Assembly: GCA_035635555.1 (NCBI GenBank)
Contig: DASQAT010000046.1
Span: forward strand, 320,075-384,074
DNA from: Candidatus Dormiibacterota bacterium
GTDB taxonomy: Bacteria > Acidobacteriota > Polarisedimenticolia > Gp22-AA2
Direction: 5' to 3'
DNA: 64,000 nt
This document shows positions 9,784-18,788 of the stretch, piece by piece; within the stretch, counting starts at the first letter, position 1; each line of letters begins with the position of its first letter. Both the position numbers and the translations under genes were made by a program. The notes beneath the pieces are model-generated. The model was not told where the DNA came from and did not search any database. It worked only from the letters and a program-made list of their open reading frames with translations.

Positions 9784-10551
9784 ATGCTCCTGGTGATGGA
9801 CGTCGGGAACACCAACACGGTCCTGGGGGTGTACGAGACGGCCCGTCTTGTGGCGCACTGGCGGCTGACCACGGTCCGTGACCGGACGGTGGACGAATAC
9901 GGCATCCAGGCGCGCACGCTCCTGGCGCTGGCAGGAATCGAAGTGTCCGCGATCCAGCACATCATCATCGCCTCGGTGGTCCCGCCTCTCAACAGCGTTC
10001 TCGAGACCATGGCGCGCTCCTACTTCAATCTCAGGCCGCTGTTCGTCGAGCCGGGTGTGAAGACCGGAATGCCGATCCTGTACGAGAACCCTCAGGAGGT
10101 GGGGGCCGACCGAATCGTCAACGGCGTGGCGGCCTACGAGCGCTGCAAGAGCGCCGTGATCGTGGTCGATTTCGGGACGGCGACGACCTTCGACGCGATC
10201 TCGGCGAAGGGGGAGTACCTGGGAGGCGCCATCGCGCCGGGCCTGACGATCTCGGCGGAGGCCCTGTTCGAGCGGGCCGCGCGCCTGCCGCGCGTGGACA
10301 TCCGTCGCCCGCCGAAGGTCATCGGACGCAACACGACCCACAGTCTCCAGGCCGGCCTGTTCCATGGGTACATCGCCCTCGTGCAGGGGATTCTCGACCG
10401 CATGCGCCAGGAGATGGGAGAGAAGGTTCGTACAATCGGAACCGGTGGACTGGTCCTGGCGCTCGAGGCCGATCTGCGCACGGTCCTCGACGACCTGGAT
10501 CCCAATCTCACTCTCGAGGGGCTGCGCATCATCCACGAACGGAATCGATGA
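9784..10551 (+). CDS. coaX: Type III pantothenate kinase
   Basis: MLLVMDVGNTNTVLGVY..ADRIVNGVAAY..VVDFGTATTFD..IGTGG matches CoaX. ATG at 9784. It follows birA, as in Baf-type arrangements. Confidence 0.85.
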   Translation: MLLVMDVGNTNTVLGVYETARLVAHWRLTTVRDRTVDEYGIQARTLLALAGIEVSAIQHIIIASVVPPLNSVLETMARSYFNLRPLFVEPGVKTGMPILYENPQEVGADRIVNGVAAYERCKSAVIVVDFGTATTFDAISAKGEYLGGAIAPGLTISAEALFERAARLPRVDIRRPPKVIGRNTTHSLQAGLFHGYIALVQGILDRMRQEMGEKVRTIGTGGLVLALEADLRTVLDDLDPNLTLEGLRIIHERNR

Positions 10552-11261
10552 CGTCCCAGCATGAAAATGCCGCGTACTACCGGGCCGTCGAGGAAGCGTT
10601 CGTGCGGCGCCGAGGTGCGGCGATGCTGCTGTCGCCGCGCGACTGGAGTCTGATCGGCGAGTGGATCGACCTCGGCGTCCCGCTGCGGGTCGTGCTGCAG
10701 GCGATCGACAACATCTTCGACGCGTTCGAGCGACGGGCGCCCGCGGGACGCCGGATCAACTCGCTGTCGTACTGCAGGCAGGAGGTCCTGTCCCTGCACG
10801 GGCTGTACCAGGCCCTGCACGCCGCCGAAGCGGGTCGCCCGCCGTCCGCGGATGCGGCTGCCGCCGGGGGGGAGGCTGCGGCCCGGCACCTGGGACGACT
10901 GGCGCGGCGTGTCCGCGCCGCCATGGCAGGAGCGTCCGGGGCGGGACGAGACCGCCTGGTCGGGTGCCTGGCGCGGGTCGCGGCCGAGCTGAAGCAGCTT
11001 CGCAGGGAGGTGAAGGGGGGTGTCCTGGACCCGCACCTGCTCGAGGAACGGCTGCGCCGGTTCGACGAGGACCTCCTGACGGTGGCGCGCGGCTCGATCG
11101 CGGATTCCGAGCTCGACGCGCTCGAACGCGCCGCGGACCTGGCGCTTGGGCGGGCCGGCGACCGCATGACTCGTGATGCCCGGGAACGCACGCGCCGGAC
11201 GGCCCTCACAGCACTTCTGCGTCAAGTCGCCGGACTGCCTCGCCTGACGCTGTTCGACTGA
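10548..11261 (+). CDS. Conserved hypothetical protein (Arg/Ala-rich, helical), translationally coupled to coaX
   Basis: The ATGA overlap with the coaX stop and the high GC3 support coding. I recognise no family. Confidence 0.5.
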   Translation: MTSQHENAAYYRAVEEAFVRRRGAAMLLSPRDWSLIGEWIDLGVPLRVVLQAIDNIFDAFERRAPAGRRINSLSYCRQEVLSLHGLYQALHAAEAGRPPSADAAAAGGEAAARHLGRLARRVRAAMAGASGAGRDRLVGCLARVAAELKQLRREVKGGVLDPHLLEERLRRFDEDLLTVARGSIADSELDALERAADLALGRAGDRMTRDARERTRRTALTALLRQVAGLPRLTLFD

Positions 11262-11328
11262 GCCGCGCGCCGCGGCCGCCGCACGGTTGCGCCGTCCCGC
11301 TCGACGACGATAGAATCGAACGTGCCGC

Positions 11329-13827
11329 GTGGAGAGCCGCCCCGGGGGACCGGTACGCGTGGCTTCCGCGCCGCTCCGTCAGGAGGGTTCGTCCGGCCCG
11401 ACGTCTCTCGCGCGGGCCGCCGCGTTCGCGGCCGGGACCGTCCTTCCCTTTCAGACGCCGCTCCACTGGCCGGCGGTCCTCGCTCCCGTCGCTGTTCTCG
11501 GTGTCATTCCGTCGTTCCGCCGCGTTCGCTTCTTCGTTCTGCCGTTCCTTCTGGGAGCGGCCGCGGGTGTCGGTCACCGCCTGGCCGATCCGGTTCCCTC
11601 GATGCTGCGCACGTGGAGCGAGCACGGGTTCAGACCGGGGGTCACTCCGGTCGAGATCGTGGGACGGCTCCTCGACGCCGACGATCTCCCCGATGGAAGG
11701 CTGTCCCTCACCGTCCGCGCCGTAACGTTCGAAATCCCCGGTCGTCTCCCGTTCCTGTGCAGGCCCGCACGATCGATCCTGGTCCGGATCACAACTCCCG
11801 CGCCGGGGCCTGCCGACCCCCCTGGCCCTCGGCCCGGCGACCTGGTTCGGATCAGCTCCCGGCTCGGCCCCCCCCGGACGTTCCGGAATCCGGGGGCGTT
11901 CGACTATTCCTCCTACCTCCGGGCGCGCGGGATCGATCTCGTCGGCACGAGCAAGAGCGCGCGGCTGCTCGAGGTTCTGGGCGGCGACCGCGACGAGATC
12001 GCGGCTTTTCCTTCGATGGCGCGGCGCTCCTTCCTTTCGACACTGAGACGAGCCGCGAAGGACCGGGACGACGGGACGGTCCCCTTCCTCGCCGCCCTCC
12101 TGATCGGCGAACGGGACGACCTCTCACCCGAGTTCCAGGATCGTCTGATCCGCGCAGGTGTGTATCACATCGTCGCTCTGTCCGGATTCAACGTGGCGCT
12201 CCTCGTCGGGCTTGCGGCCATGGCCCTGCGCCTCCTGCCCTTGTCTCCGAGAGCGCGGCGTGTCGTGCTGGCGCTGTGCGTGCTTCTCTATTGGGGGGTC
12301 GTCCGCGCCAGCGGCTCGATCGCTCGAGCGGCGCTGATGTCCCTTCTGTCCCTGGGCGGTGCGGTGCAGGGGAGGGGCGTGCGCGGCAGGGACGCCATCG
12401 GCACCGCCTCGCTGCTCATCGTCCTATCCAACCCGGCCTGGGCCTTCGACCCCGGTTTCCAGCTGAGCGTCGCGGCGACGCTCGGCCTTCTCCTTCTCGT
12501 CACGCAACGCTCCGCCGGGGCGGGGAACGTCCAGCCGCCCGGCGAACCTGGACGCCTGCGGGTCGGGATGAGCGCATCGATCGGCTGGATTCTCGCGTCG
12601 CTGAAAGTGTCGGCCGCGGCGCTGCTGTCGACGGCGCTGGTCTCGGCGCGGCACTTCCAGACGCTCACCCCCATTGCGGTCCTCGCCAACCTGTTCGCGG
12701 TTCCGCTCGCGGCCCTGCTCCTGGTCGTCGGCCTGCTCGTCTGCCTCATCGAGCCGCTGGGCCATCCCGTGGCGATCGAATTGATCAACGTCGCGGGCGC
12801 TCTCGTCCTTGTTCTGGAACGGGCGACCTCGATCGTCTCGACGCCGGCCTGGTGCTCGTTCTTCGTTCTGCCTCCGCCGGTCTGGCTGGTCCTGATGGGA
12901 CAGGCCGCGATCGTGGTGGCGGGACACGGCGTTGGGTGGGTCCGGCGTGCGGCCTGGCTCTTCCTGGCTCTTGCGATAGCACTCACGGCGGTGGCCGGAC
13001 GAGCCCCCGCTTCGAACGGCCGCCTGGATGTGACCGCCCTCGACGTCGGGCAAGGTGACGCGCTTCTGGTCCGATTCCCCGCGGGGCCGACGATGCTCAT
13101 CGACGCAGGAGGCTTCGCGCGCTCGCAGTTCGACGTCGGATCGAAGGTCGTCGCACCGGCGCTCCGGTCGCTGGGAGTGCTGAAGATCGACATCCTGGCC
13201 ATCACCCACGCGCATCGTGACCACCTGGGAGGGGCCGCGGCGGTCGTCAGGTCGTTCGCGCCGGCGGCCGTGTGGCTTGGAAGGATGCCGGTGGATGATG
13301 CGGCCGTGCGGGAGATCGAAGCGCTCGCGAAGGAGGGAGGCGGGGCCATCGTCTTCCCGCGCAGGGGGGTGCGCATCGTCCTGGGCGGCACCCGCGTGGA
13401 CGTGCTCAATCCGGGGCGCGGTGTCGACGTCAGCGGACCGGCAAGGAACGACGACTCGCTCGTCCTGCGTGTCTCGTTCGGCGCGCACAGCGTCCTCCTG
13501 ACCGGCGATCTGGAGTCGGCGCTCGAGACGATTCTGCTCGGCGAGGGGCGCGAGATCGGGGCGGACCTCCTGAAGGTCGGCCACCACGGCAGCCGGACCT
13601 CGACGACCGGGCCGTTCCTCCGGGCGGTCGGTCCGAAACTGGGCGTGATCTCCGTGGGAGCGACCAACCCCTGGGGGCATCCGGACGCGGAGGTCCTGCG
13701 CAGGCTTGAAGACGCCGGCGTGGAAGTGTACCGGACCGATCGCGACGGGGCGGTCCGTTTCACCACGGACGGCTCGTCCGACTGGCTCGTGGAACGCCTG
13801 GACTCGGGAAACCCCGGGAGTCCGTGA
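11329..13827 (+). CDS. comEC: ComEC/Rec2-family DNA internalization competence protein with C-terminal metallo-beta-lactamase domain
   Basis: Polytopic membrane region (ALSGFNVALLVGLAAMAL...). MBL motifs DVGQGDALLV, ITHAHRDHLGG and KVGHHGS. Start is uncertain. Confidence 0.8.
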   Translation: MESRPGGPVRVASAPLRQEGSSGPTSLARAAAFAAGTVLPFQTPLHWPAVLAPVAVLGVIPSFRRVRFFVLPFLLGAAAGVGHRLADPVPSMLRTWSEHGFRPGVTPVEIVGRLLDADDLPDGRLSLTVRAVTFEIPGRLPFLCRPARSILVRITTPAPGPADPPGPRPGDLVRISSRLGPPRTFRNPGAFDYSSYLRARGIDLVGTSKSARLLEVLGGDRDEIAAFPSMARRSFLSTLRRAAKDRDDGTVPFLAALLIGERDDLSPEFQDRLIRAGVYHIVALSGFNVALLVGLAAMALRLLPLSPRARRVVLALCVLLYWGVVRASGSIARAALMSLLSLGGAVQGRGVRGRDAIGTASLLIVLSNPAWAFDPGFQLSVAATLGLLLLVTQRSAGAGNVQPPGEPGRLRVGMSASIGWILASLKVSAAALLSTALVSARHFQTLTPIAVLANLFAVPLAALLLVVGLLVCLIEPLGHPVAIELINVAGALVLVLERATSIVSTPAWCSFFVLPPPVWLVLMGQAAIVVAGHGVGWVRRAAWLFLALAIALTAVAGRAPASNGRLDVTALDVGQGDALLVRFPAGPTMLIDAGGFARSQFDVGSKVVAPALRSLGVLKIDILAITHAHRDHLGGAAAVVRSFAPAAVWLGRMPVDDAAVREIEALAKEGGGAIVFPRRGVRIVLGGTRVDVLNPGRGVDVSGPARNDDSLVLRVSFGAHSVLLTGDLESALETILLGEGREIGADLLKVGHHGSRTSTTGPFLRAVGPKLGVISVGATNPWGHPDAEVLRRLEDAGVEVYRTDRDGAVRFTTDGSSDWLVERLDSGNPGSP

Positions 13828-13830
13828 GGA

Positions 13831-14793
13831 TCAGACCAGCCGGGGAGAGCGTGGCATGAAGCAGAGCACGAAAATGGCCAGGGCCAGGAGCGCCACGAGC
13901 ACGCGGGCAAACCCGAGCGGCTCTCCCTCGTCGACCACGGGCGGATGCCGGGGACCGATGGCCGCCCAGAGCACGCCGAACAGGATGAGATGATACCCGC
14001 CGTACAAGAAACCACCGGCGATCAGGCCGACGATGACCGCGAAGGAGATCGGCCGGTGCAGGCGGCGCGACAGCGCGTAGAGCATGTGACCCCCGTCGAG
14101 CTGTCCGATCGGAAGAAGGTTCAGGAATGTCGCGAGCAACCCGACCCAGGCCGCCACGGTGACGGGATGGAGCTGGATGACGTCGCCCGGACGAAGATTC
14201 CGGAAGAGTTGAGCGTAGGCCAGCTCGAGAAGAAGACAGGAAGGCAGAGCGATGTCGTCTTGCCGGGGCAACTGGTGGACGATCATCGAGCGCGAGACAC
14301 CGTACGCCAGGATCGGCATCGCCACCACGAAGCCGGCGATCGGGCCGGCGACGCCAACGTCGAACAGGGCCCGTCTGCTCGTGAACGGTGAGCGGATCCG
14401 GATGACTGCGCCAAATGTCCCGATAAAGGTGGGGGCGGGAATGAAGAAGGGCAACGTGGCCTCGATGCCGTAGCGTCGGCAAGCCACATAGTGGCCCATC
14501 TCATGCGAACCGAGGATCAGGATCAGGCTCAGAGAATACGGAAGCCCGATCGTCCAGAGTCCGGGCGTGAGGATGACGTCCCGAACTGTTTTCCCCGTGT
14601 AGTCATCGAGCGTCAGGAGAGTCCCTGCGACGAGCGTGGCGACCACGGTCATCAAAAAGAATACGAGATTGACCCACGCAGGCAGCCGGGGGCGCGACAC
14701 GCGAATGACGATCGGGGGCGCGGGCGGGGTCGGGCGCCCGACAGGAGGATACTGATCGAGGACCCGCGGTGCGCTCTCCATTGGAGCGTTCAT
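13831..14793 (-). CDS. Site-2 protease family (peptidase M50) membrane metalloprotease
   Basis: HEMGH motif in a TM helix (LILGSHEMGHYVACRRYG). Multiple TM segments. Confidence 0.7.
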   Translation of the reverse strand: MNAPMESAPRVLDQYPPVGRPTPPAPPIVIRVSRPRLPAWVNLVFFLMTVVATLVAGTLLTLDDYTGKTVRDVILTPGLWTIGLPYSLSLILILGSHEMGHYVACRRYGIEATLPFFIPAPTFIGTFGAVIRIRSPFTSRRALFDVGVAGPIAGFVVAMPILAYGVSRSMIVHQLPRQDDIALPSCLLLELAYAQLFRNLRPGDVIQLHPVTVAAWVGLLATFLNLLPIGQLDGGHMLYALSRRLHRPISFAVIVGLIAGGFLYGGYHLILFGVLWAAIGPRHPPVVDEGEPLGFARVLVALLALAIFVLCFMPRSPRLV

Positions 14794-14845
14794 TCTACCG
14801 CGGGCGGCGGGCGTTGCCGAAGCGCCGCTCCAGGAAGCCCCCGGG

Positions 14846-15115
14846 CTACCTCAAGTTACGAAGGTTCTTGCCTGGCTTGAAGCGGATCGTCTTGCCGGGG
14901 GGAATGCGCACTTCCGTGCCCGTCCGGGGATTGCGGCCGATCCCTTTCTTGCGCGGTTTGACCTGGAAGACGCCGAACCCGCGCAGCTCGATCCGCTCCC
15001 CCCGGCGCATCGACTCCTTCATGGCGTCCAGGATCGCCTCGACGGCGACCACCGCCTTGACGCGCGTGATATCGGCGCTTTTGGCTACATTATTAATGAT
15101 ATCGGTCTTGATCAT
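14846..15115 (-). CDS. IHF/HU-family DNA-binding protein (integration host factor-like)
   Basis: MIKTDIINNVA...RIELRGFGVFQVKPRKKGIGRNPRTGTEVRIPPGKTIRFKPGK. Internal ATG at 15115 with GGGGG RBS. The upstream track extension is unlikely. Confidence 0.8.
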   Translation of the reverse strand: MIKTDIINNVAKSADITRVKAVVAVEAILDAMKESMRRGERIELRGFGVFQVKPRKKGIGRNPRTGTEVRIPPGKTIRFKPGKNLRNLR

Positions 15116-15213
15116 CCCCCGGCCTCCCGTTCGACGCAGAGCAAACGAGCGTAAATTACTGAAAGTATAGGCAGGTACGACAGAGGCTGTCAAGACGTGC
15201 CGATTGCCCGTCT

Positions 15214-16587
15214 GTGCTATATTCCATTCGGCTTCAATCACTTGCGCTCGATTTCTCGAGGTCTTCCGCGGTGCCGGCACCTGTCGTCGCCATCGTGGGC
15301 GCGCCGAATGTCGGCAAGTCCACTCTTTTCAACCGCATGCTCGGCCGGCGGAAGGCGATCGTCTCTGACATCCCTGGCGTGACCCGCGATCGCCTGATGG
15401 CGACCTGCGACCTGTTCGGTGTGGCCGTGACCTTGGTGGACACGGGGGGTGTGGTCCATGGCAAGACCGACGACCTCACTCGACGAGTGCGCCTGGAGGC
15501 GCTCAAGGCTGTCGACGAGGCGGATGTGATCCTCCTGGTCATGGATGGCCGCGCGGGAGTCACCGGGCTCGATCTCGAGGTGGCGCGCCTCCTGCGCTCT
15601 TCAGGGAAGCCGATCGTGCCCGTCGCCAACAAGATAGACGCAGGCTCCCTGGAGGGGCTCGAAGCGGACGCCTACCGCCTTGGACTCGGAGAGGTCGTCC
15701 CGATCTCGGCCGAGCAGGGTCGAGGTCTGGACCAGCTCATCGATCGGCTGGTCGGAGCGCTCCCGGGCCCGCGCGGCCCCGCCGAGCAGTCCGGTGTGCC
15801 GGTGGCCATCGTGGGTCGGCCGAACGTCGGCAAGTCCTCTCTGTTCAACAGGCTGGTGAAGGAGTCCCGCGTTCTCGTGGCCCCGATCCCGGGAACCACG
15901 CGCGATCCGATCGACGCTCTGTTCCAGCACGCCGGGGTGACCTACAGGGTCATCGACACCGCGGGGATCAGGCGGCGCTCCGGCCGCTCCGAAGAAATCG
16001 AGTGGGTCAGCGTATTGAAGGCAAGACAGGCGCTGCAGGAGGCCGCGATCGCCGTGGTCCTGGTCGATGCCTCGTCGGAAATCGACCACCAGGACAAGAC
16101 CATCCTCGGGCTGGTGGCCCACGACCGGATTCCGGCCGTCGTGGCGGCGAACAAGATCGACCTGGTGCCTTTGAGCGGCGGGGCGCGGACGAAGCGGCTG
16201 GAGGCGATTCGCGATACGCTCGGATTTGCATCGTACATGCCGATCGTGCCGCTGTCGGCGCTCCAGGGAGAAGGGGTCGATCGGCTCCTCGACACGCTTG
16301 AGACCCTGCGACAGGAAGGTCTCAGACGCTTCACCACCGCCGAGCTGAATCGCGCGCTCCAGGAGATCGTCGCGGAGAAGCAGCCGCCCGCGGATGGCGG
16401 GCGGGAAGTGCGCTTCTATTACATCACGCAGGGGGGAGGGCCGCCGCCAAGGTTCATCGTGTTCGGGAATGGCCGGAAGGTTCCCGAGCCGTACCGGCGG
16501 TTCATGACCGGTCGCCTGCGCTCGCGTCTGGGGCTCTCCGTCTCTCCCCTGGTCGTGAGCTTCCGGCGCAGCAGGCCCGTTCGTTGA
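15214..16587 (+). CDS. der: Ribosome-associated GTPase Der (EngA), two GTPase domains plus KH-like C-terminus
   Basis: Two P-loops (VVAIVGAPNVGKST and VAIVGRPNVGKSS) and DTAG motifs. The real start is probably GTG 15271 (VPAPVVAIVG). Confidence 0.85.
   Translation: MLYSIRLQSLALDFSRSSAVPAPVVAIVGAPNVGKSTLFNRMLGRRKAIVSDIPGVTRDRLMATCDLFGVAVTLVDTGGVVHGKTDDLTRRVRLEALKAVDEADVILLVMDGRAGVTGLDLEVARLLRSSGKPIVPVANKIDAGSLEGLEADAYRLGLGEVVPISAEQGRGLDQLIDRLVGALPGPRGPAEQSGVPVAIVGRPNVGKSSLFNRLVKESRVLVAPIPGTTRDPIDALFQHAGVTYRVIDTAGIRRRSGRSEEIEWVSVLKARQALQEAAIAVVLVDASSEIDHQDKTILGLVAHDRIPAVVAANKIDLVPLSGGARTKRLEAIRDTLGFASYMPIVPLSALQGEGVDRLLDTLETLRQEGLRRFTTAELNRALQEIVAEKQPPADGGREVRFYYITQGGGPPPRFIVFGNGRKVPEPYRRFMTGRLRSRLGLSVSPLVVSFRRSRPVR
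15215..15223 (+). promoter_or_regulatory. Extended -10 element TGtgcTATATT upstream of der
   Basis: TG-n-TATATT at 15215-15223. It lies inside the track ORF, implying a downstream der start (GTG 15271). Confidence 0.3.
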
Positions 16588-16632
16588 CTCCCCCCGGAGC
16601 GGGTGTTATATTCCCGGACCTGCGGAGAGCGA

Positions 16633-17904
16633 ATGGTTCTCTTTAACTATTCGACCCGCGAGCTGACCGCCAAGATCGTCTACTACGGTCCGGGGCTCTG
16701 CGGCAAGACCACGAACCTGCAGTTCACCTACGAGTCGCTCCCTGACAACGTCAAGAAGGGGAAGATGCTGTCCCTCGCGACGAAGACGGACCGGACTCTG
16801 TTCTTCGATTTCCTGCCGCTCGAGCTGGGCCGGATCCGGGGCATGAAGACGCGGGTCCAGCTCTACACCGTGCCGGGACAGGTGTTCTACAACTCGACGC
16901 GCAAGCTGGTCCTGAAGGGGGCCGACGGCGTGGTGTTCGTGGCCGATTCACAGTCCAAGATGCTGGAGGCCAACGTCGAGAGCTACAAGAACCTCGAGGA
17001 CAATCTGCGCGAGATGGGCCTGCGCATCGAGGAGACCCCGCTGGTCATGCAGTTCAACAAGCGTGACCTGCCCCACCTCGCGTCGATCGAAGAGATGAAC
17101 GCCCAGATCAACCGTCACAACGCCCCCTTCTACGAGGCCGTGGCGACCACCGGGATCGGGGTCGAGGACACCCTCAAGGCGATCACCAAGCTGGTTCTCA
17201 ACAACCTGGCGTCAAAGTACAAGCTCGACGGCACGGGGGCGCCGGACGCGACGACGCCGGTCGAGGCGGCGGGCGAGGCTCCGCCGCGGGCGATCGCGCA
17301 GGGACCGAGGCCCATAGCACCTCCTCCCGCCCGGCCTGTACCGGCGGCGAGGCCGGCCGCTCCCTCAGCGCCTCAGCCCGAGGAGGACCTCGCCCTGGAA
17401 GCCCTGGAGATCGAGGAGCCCGCCGAAGCCGCCGTCAGCGTCCCGCCCTCCCGCGCCGCGCGCCCGGCGCCACCCTCCTCGCGCGCCGCCGCGCCGCCGA
17501 TGGACGACGTCATCGATCTGGTGGACGAGATCGACCTGCCCGAAATCGAGGAGCGGGAGGACGGATCCGTCGACCTGGGGGAGGATCTCCTCCAGGAGCT
17601 GGAGGCCGAGCCGGTGCCTGCCGTTGCCCGTGCCTCCGGGGGAGCGGGGGCCCCGTCCCGCCCGCTGGCGTCGGCGCCGCTGCGGGCCGTTGCCCCGCGC
17701 GTCGAGTTCGAGGATCCGATCGACCTCGACGAGCCGATCGATCTCGACGGAAACTGGGAGACTCCCGCGCCGGCCGCCTCCAGCATCGATATCGGCTCGA
17801 TCGGACCCGGCCAGGAGAAGACCATCGAGCTGCCGGTCACCGCGAGCGTCGACGGCAGGCCGGTCCGTCTGAGCCTGAAGGTCACCGTCCGACTGTCCCG
17901 CTGA
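16633..17904 (+). CDS. mglA: MglA-type Ras-like small GTPase with ~240-aa Pro/Ala/acidic C-terminal extension
   Basis: The N-terminal ~195 aa are near-collinear with MglA: KIVYYGPGLCGKTTNLQ, TDRTLFFDFLP (intrinsic Arg), LYTVPGQVFY (catalytic Gln), QFNKRDL. The C-terminal half is low-complexity with repeated acidic (D/E)xIDL motifs. ATG 16633 (MVLFNY) is chosen. Confidence 0.75.
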   Translation: MVLFNYSTRELTAKIVYYGPGLCGKTTNLQFTYESLPDNVKKGKMLSLATKTDRTLFFDFLPLELGRIRGMKTRVQLYTVPGQVFYNSTRKLVLKGADGVVFVADSQSKMLEANVESYKNLEDNLREMGLRIEETPLVMQFNKRDLPHLASIEEMNAQINRHNAPFYEAVATTGIGVEDTLKAITKLVLNNLASKYKLDGTGAPDATTPVEAAGEAPPRAIAQGPRPIAPPPARPVPAARPAAPSAPQPEEDLALEALEIEEPAEAAVSVPPSRAARPAPPSSRAAAPPMDDVIDLVDEIDLPEIEEREDGSVDLGEDLLQELEAEPVPAVARASGGAGAPSRPLASAPLRAVAPRVEFEDPIDLDEPIDLDGNWETPAPAASSIDIGSIGPGQEKTIELPVTASVDGRPVRLSLKVTVRLSR

Positions 17905-17914
17905 CGCACTCTCG

Positions 17915-18721
17915 ATGGAACCGGTGGACGCACCGACCCCCGCGACGCTCGGCCATCCCGTGCGCGCCCTGCGAAGCGCCCCGGAACGCCTCGAAATCGC
18001 CCTGATCCTGGGGCTCGTCCTGCTTCTCAACCTCCTGCCGGGACGCCCGCTCCAGATTGCAAGCCTCCGCTGGGGAATCCTGGTGACCCAGATTTTCTTC
18101 ATCGCCGCGCCCGTGCTCCTCGGGATCCGCTGGTTCTACCTGGACCGCCGCGCCGTCCTTCCGATCGTCTGGCCGGGTGGACGGGTGCTCGCGGGGGCCG
18201 TTCTCGGTGCCGTGGGGCTGAACCACGTGATCAACTACGCGGTCCTGTGGCAGGACCGCCTCTTTCCCCTGCCGGAGGGTCTGCGGGCCCTGTTCGAATC
18301 CCTCGGGTCGTTCGACGGCCCTCTGGATTTCCTCCTCCTGCTCCTGCTGCTTGGCGTGGTCCCGGGCGTCTGCGAGGAGATCCTGTTCCGGGGGTTCGTG
18401 CAGGCTGGTCTCCGGCAGACATTCGAGAGCGGCAGGACGGCGATCGTGGTGGGGGCGCTCGTCTTTGCGGGATTCCATCTCAATCCGTGGCGGTTCGATG
18501 TCCTTCTGATCATCGGTCTGTACCTGGGCTATCTCGTGCAGCGCACCGGCTCCCTCGTTCCGTCGATGGTGGCGCATGCCTTGATCAACATCCTTTCGGT
18601 CTGCCTCGGGGCGGTCGGCGACGAGGCCCAGAACGTCTTCGTCCAATCCTCGTGGTCCCACCTGCTGGCGTGCCTCTGCCTCGCCGCCGCCGCGCTGTTG
18701 CTGCGCCGCGCGTCCGCGTGA
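17915..18721 (+). CDS. CPBP-family (CAAX/Abi) intramembrane metalloprotease
   Basis: Motifs EEILFRG, FAGFH and HALINI in a polytopic membrane protein. Confidence 0.75.
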   Translation: MEPVDAPTPATLGHPVRALRSAPERLEIALILGLVLLLNLLPGRPLQIASLRWGILVTQIFFIAAPVLLGIRWFYLDRRAVLPIVWPGGRVLAGAVLGAVGLNHVINYAVLWQDRLFPLPEGLRALFESLGSFDGPLDFLLLLLLLGVVPGVCEEILFRGFVQAGLRQTFESGRTAIVVGALVFAGFHLNPWRFDVLLIIGLYLGYLVQRTGSLVPSMVAHALINILSVCLGAVGDEAQNVFVQSSWSHLLACLCLAAAALLLRRASA

Positions 18722-18737
18722 AGTCGCGAATTCCGCA

Positions 18738-18746
18738 TGCTATAAT
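18738..18746 (+). promoter_or_regulatory. Extended -10 promoter element (TGcTATAAT) upstream of secreted-protein gene
   Basis: TGn-TATAAT at 18738-18746. RBS GAGGAGG at 18772-18778. Start 18789. Confidence 0.35.
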
Positions 18747-18788
18747 CTTGCGCTTTCGATCGACACACGACGAGGAGGTTTCGCGATC

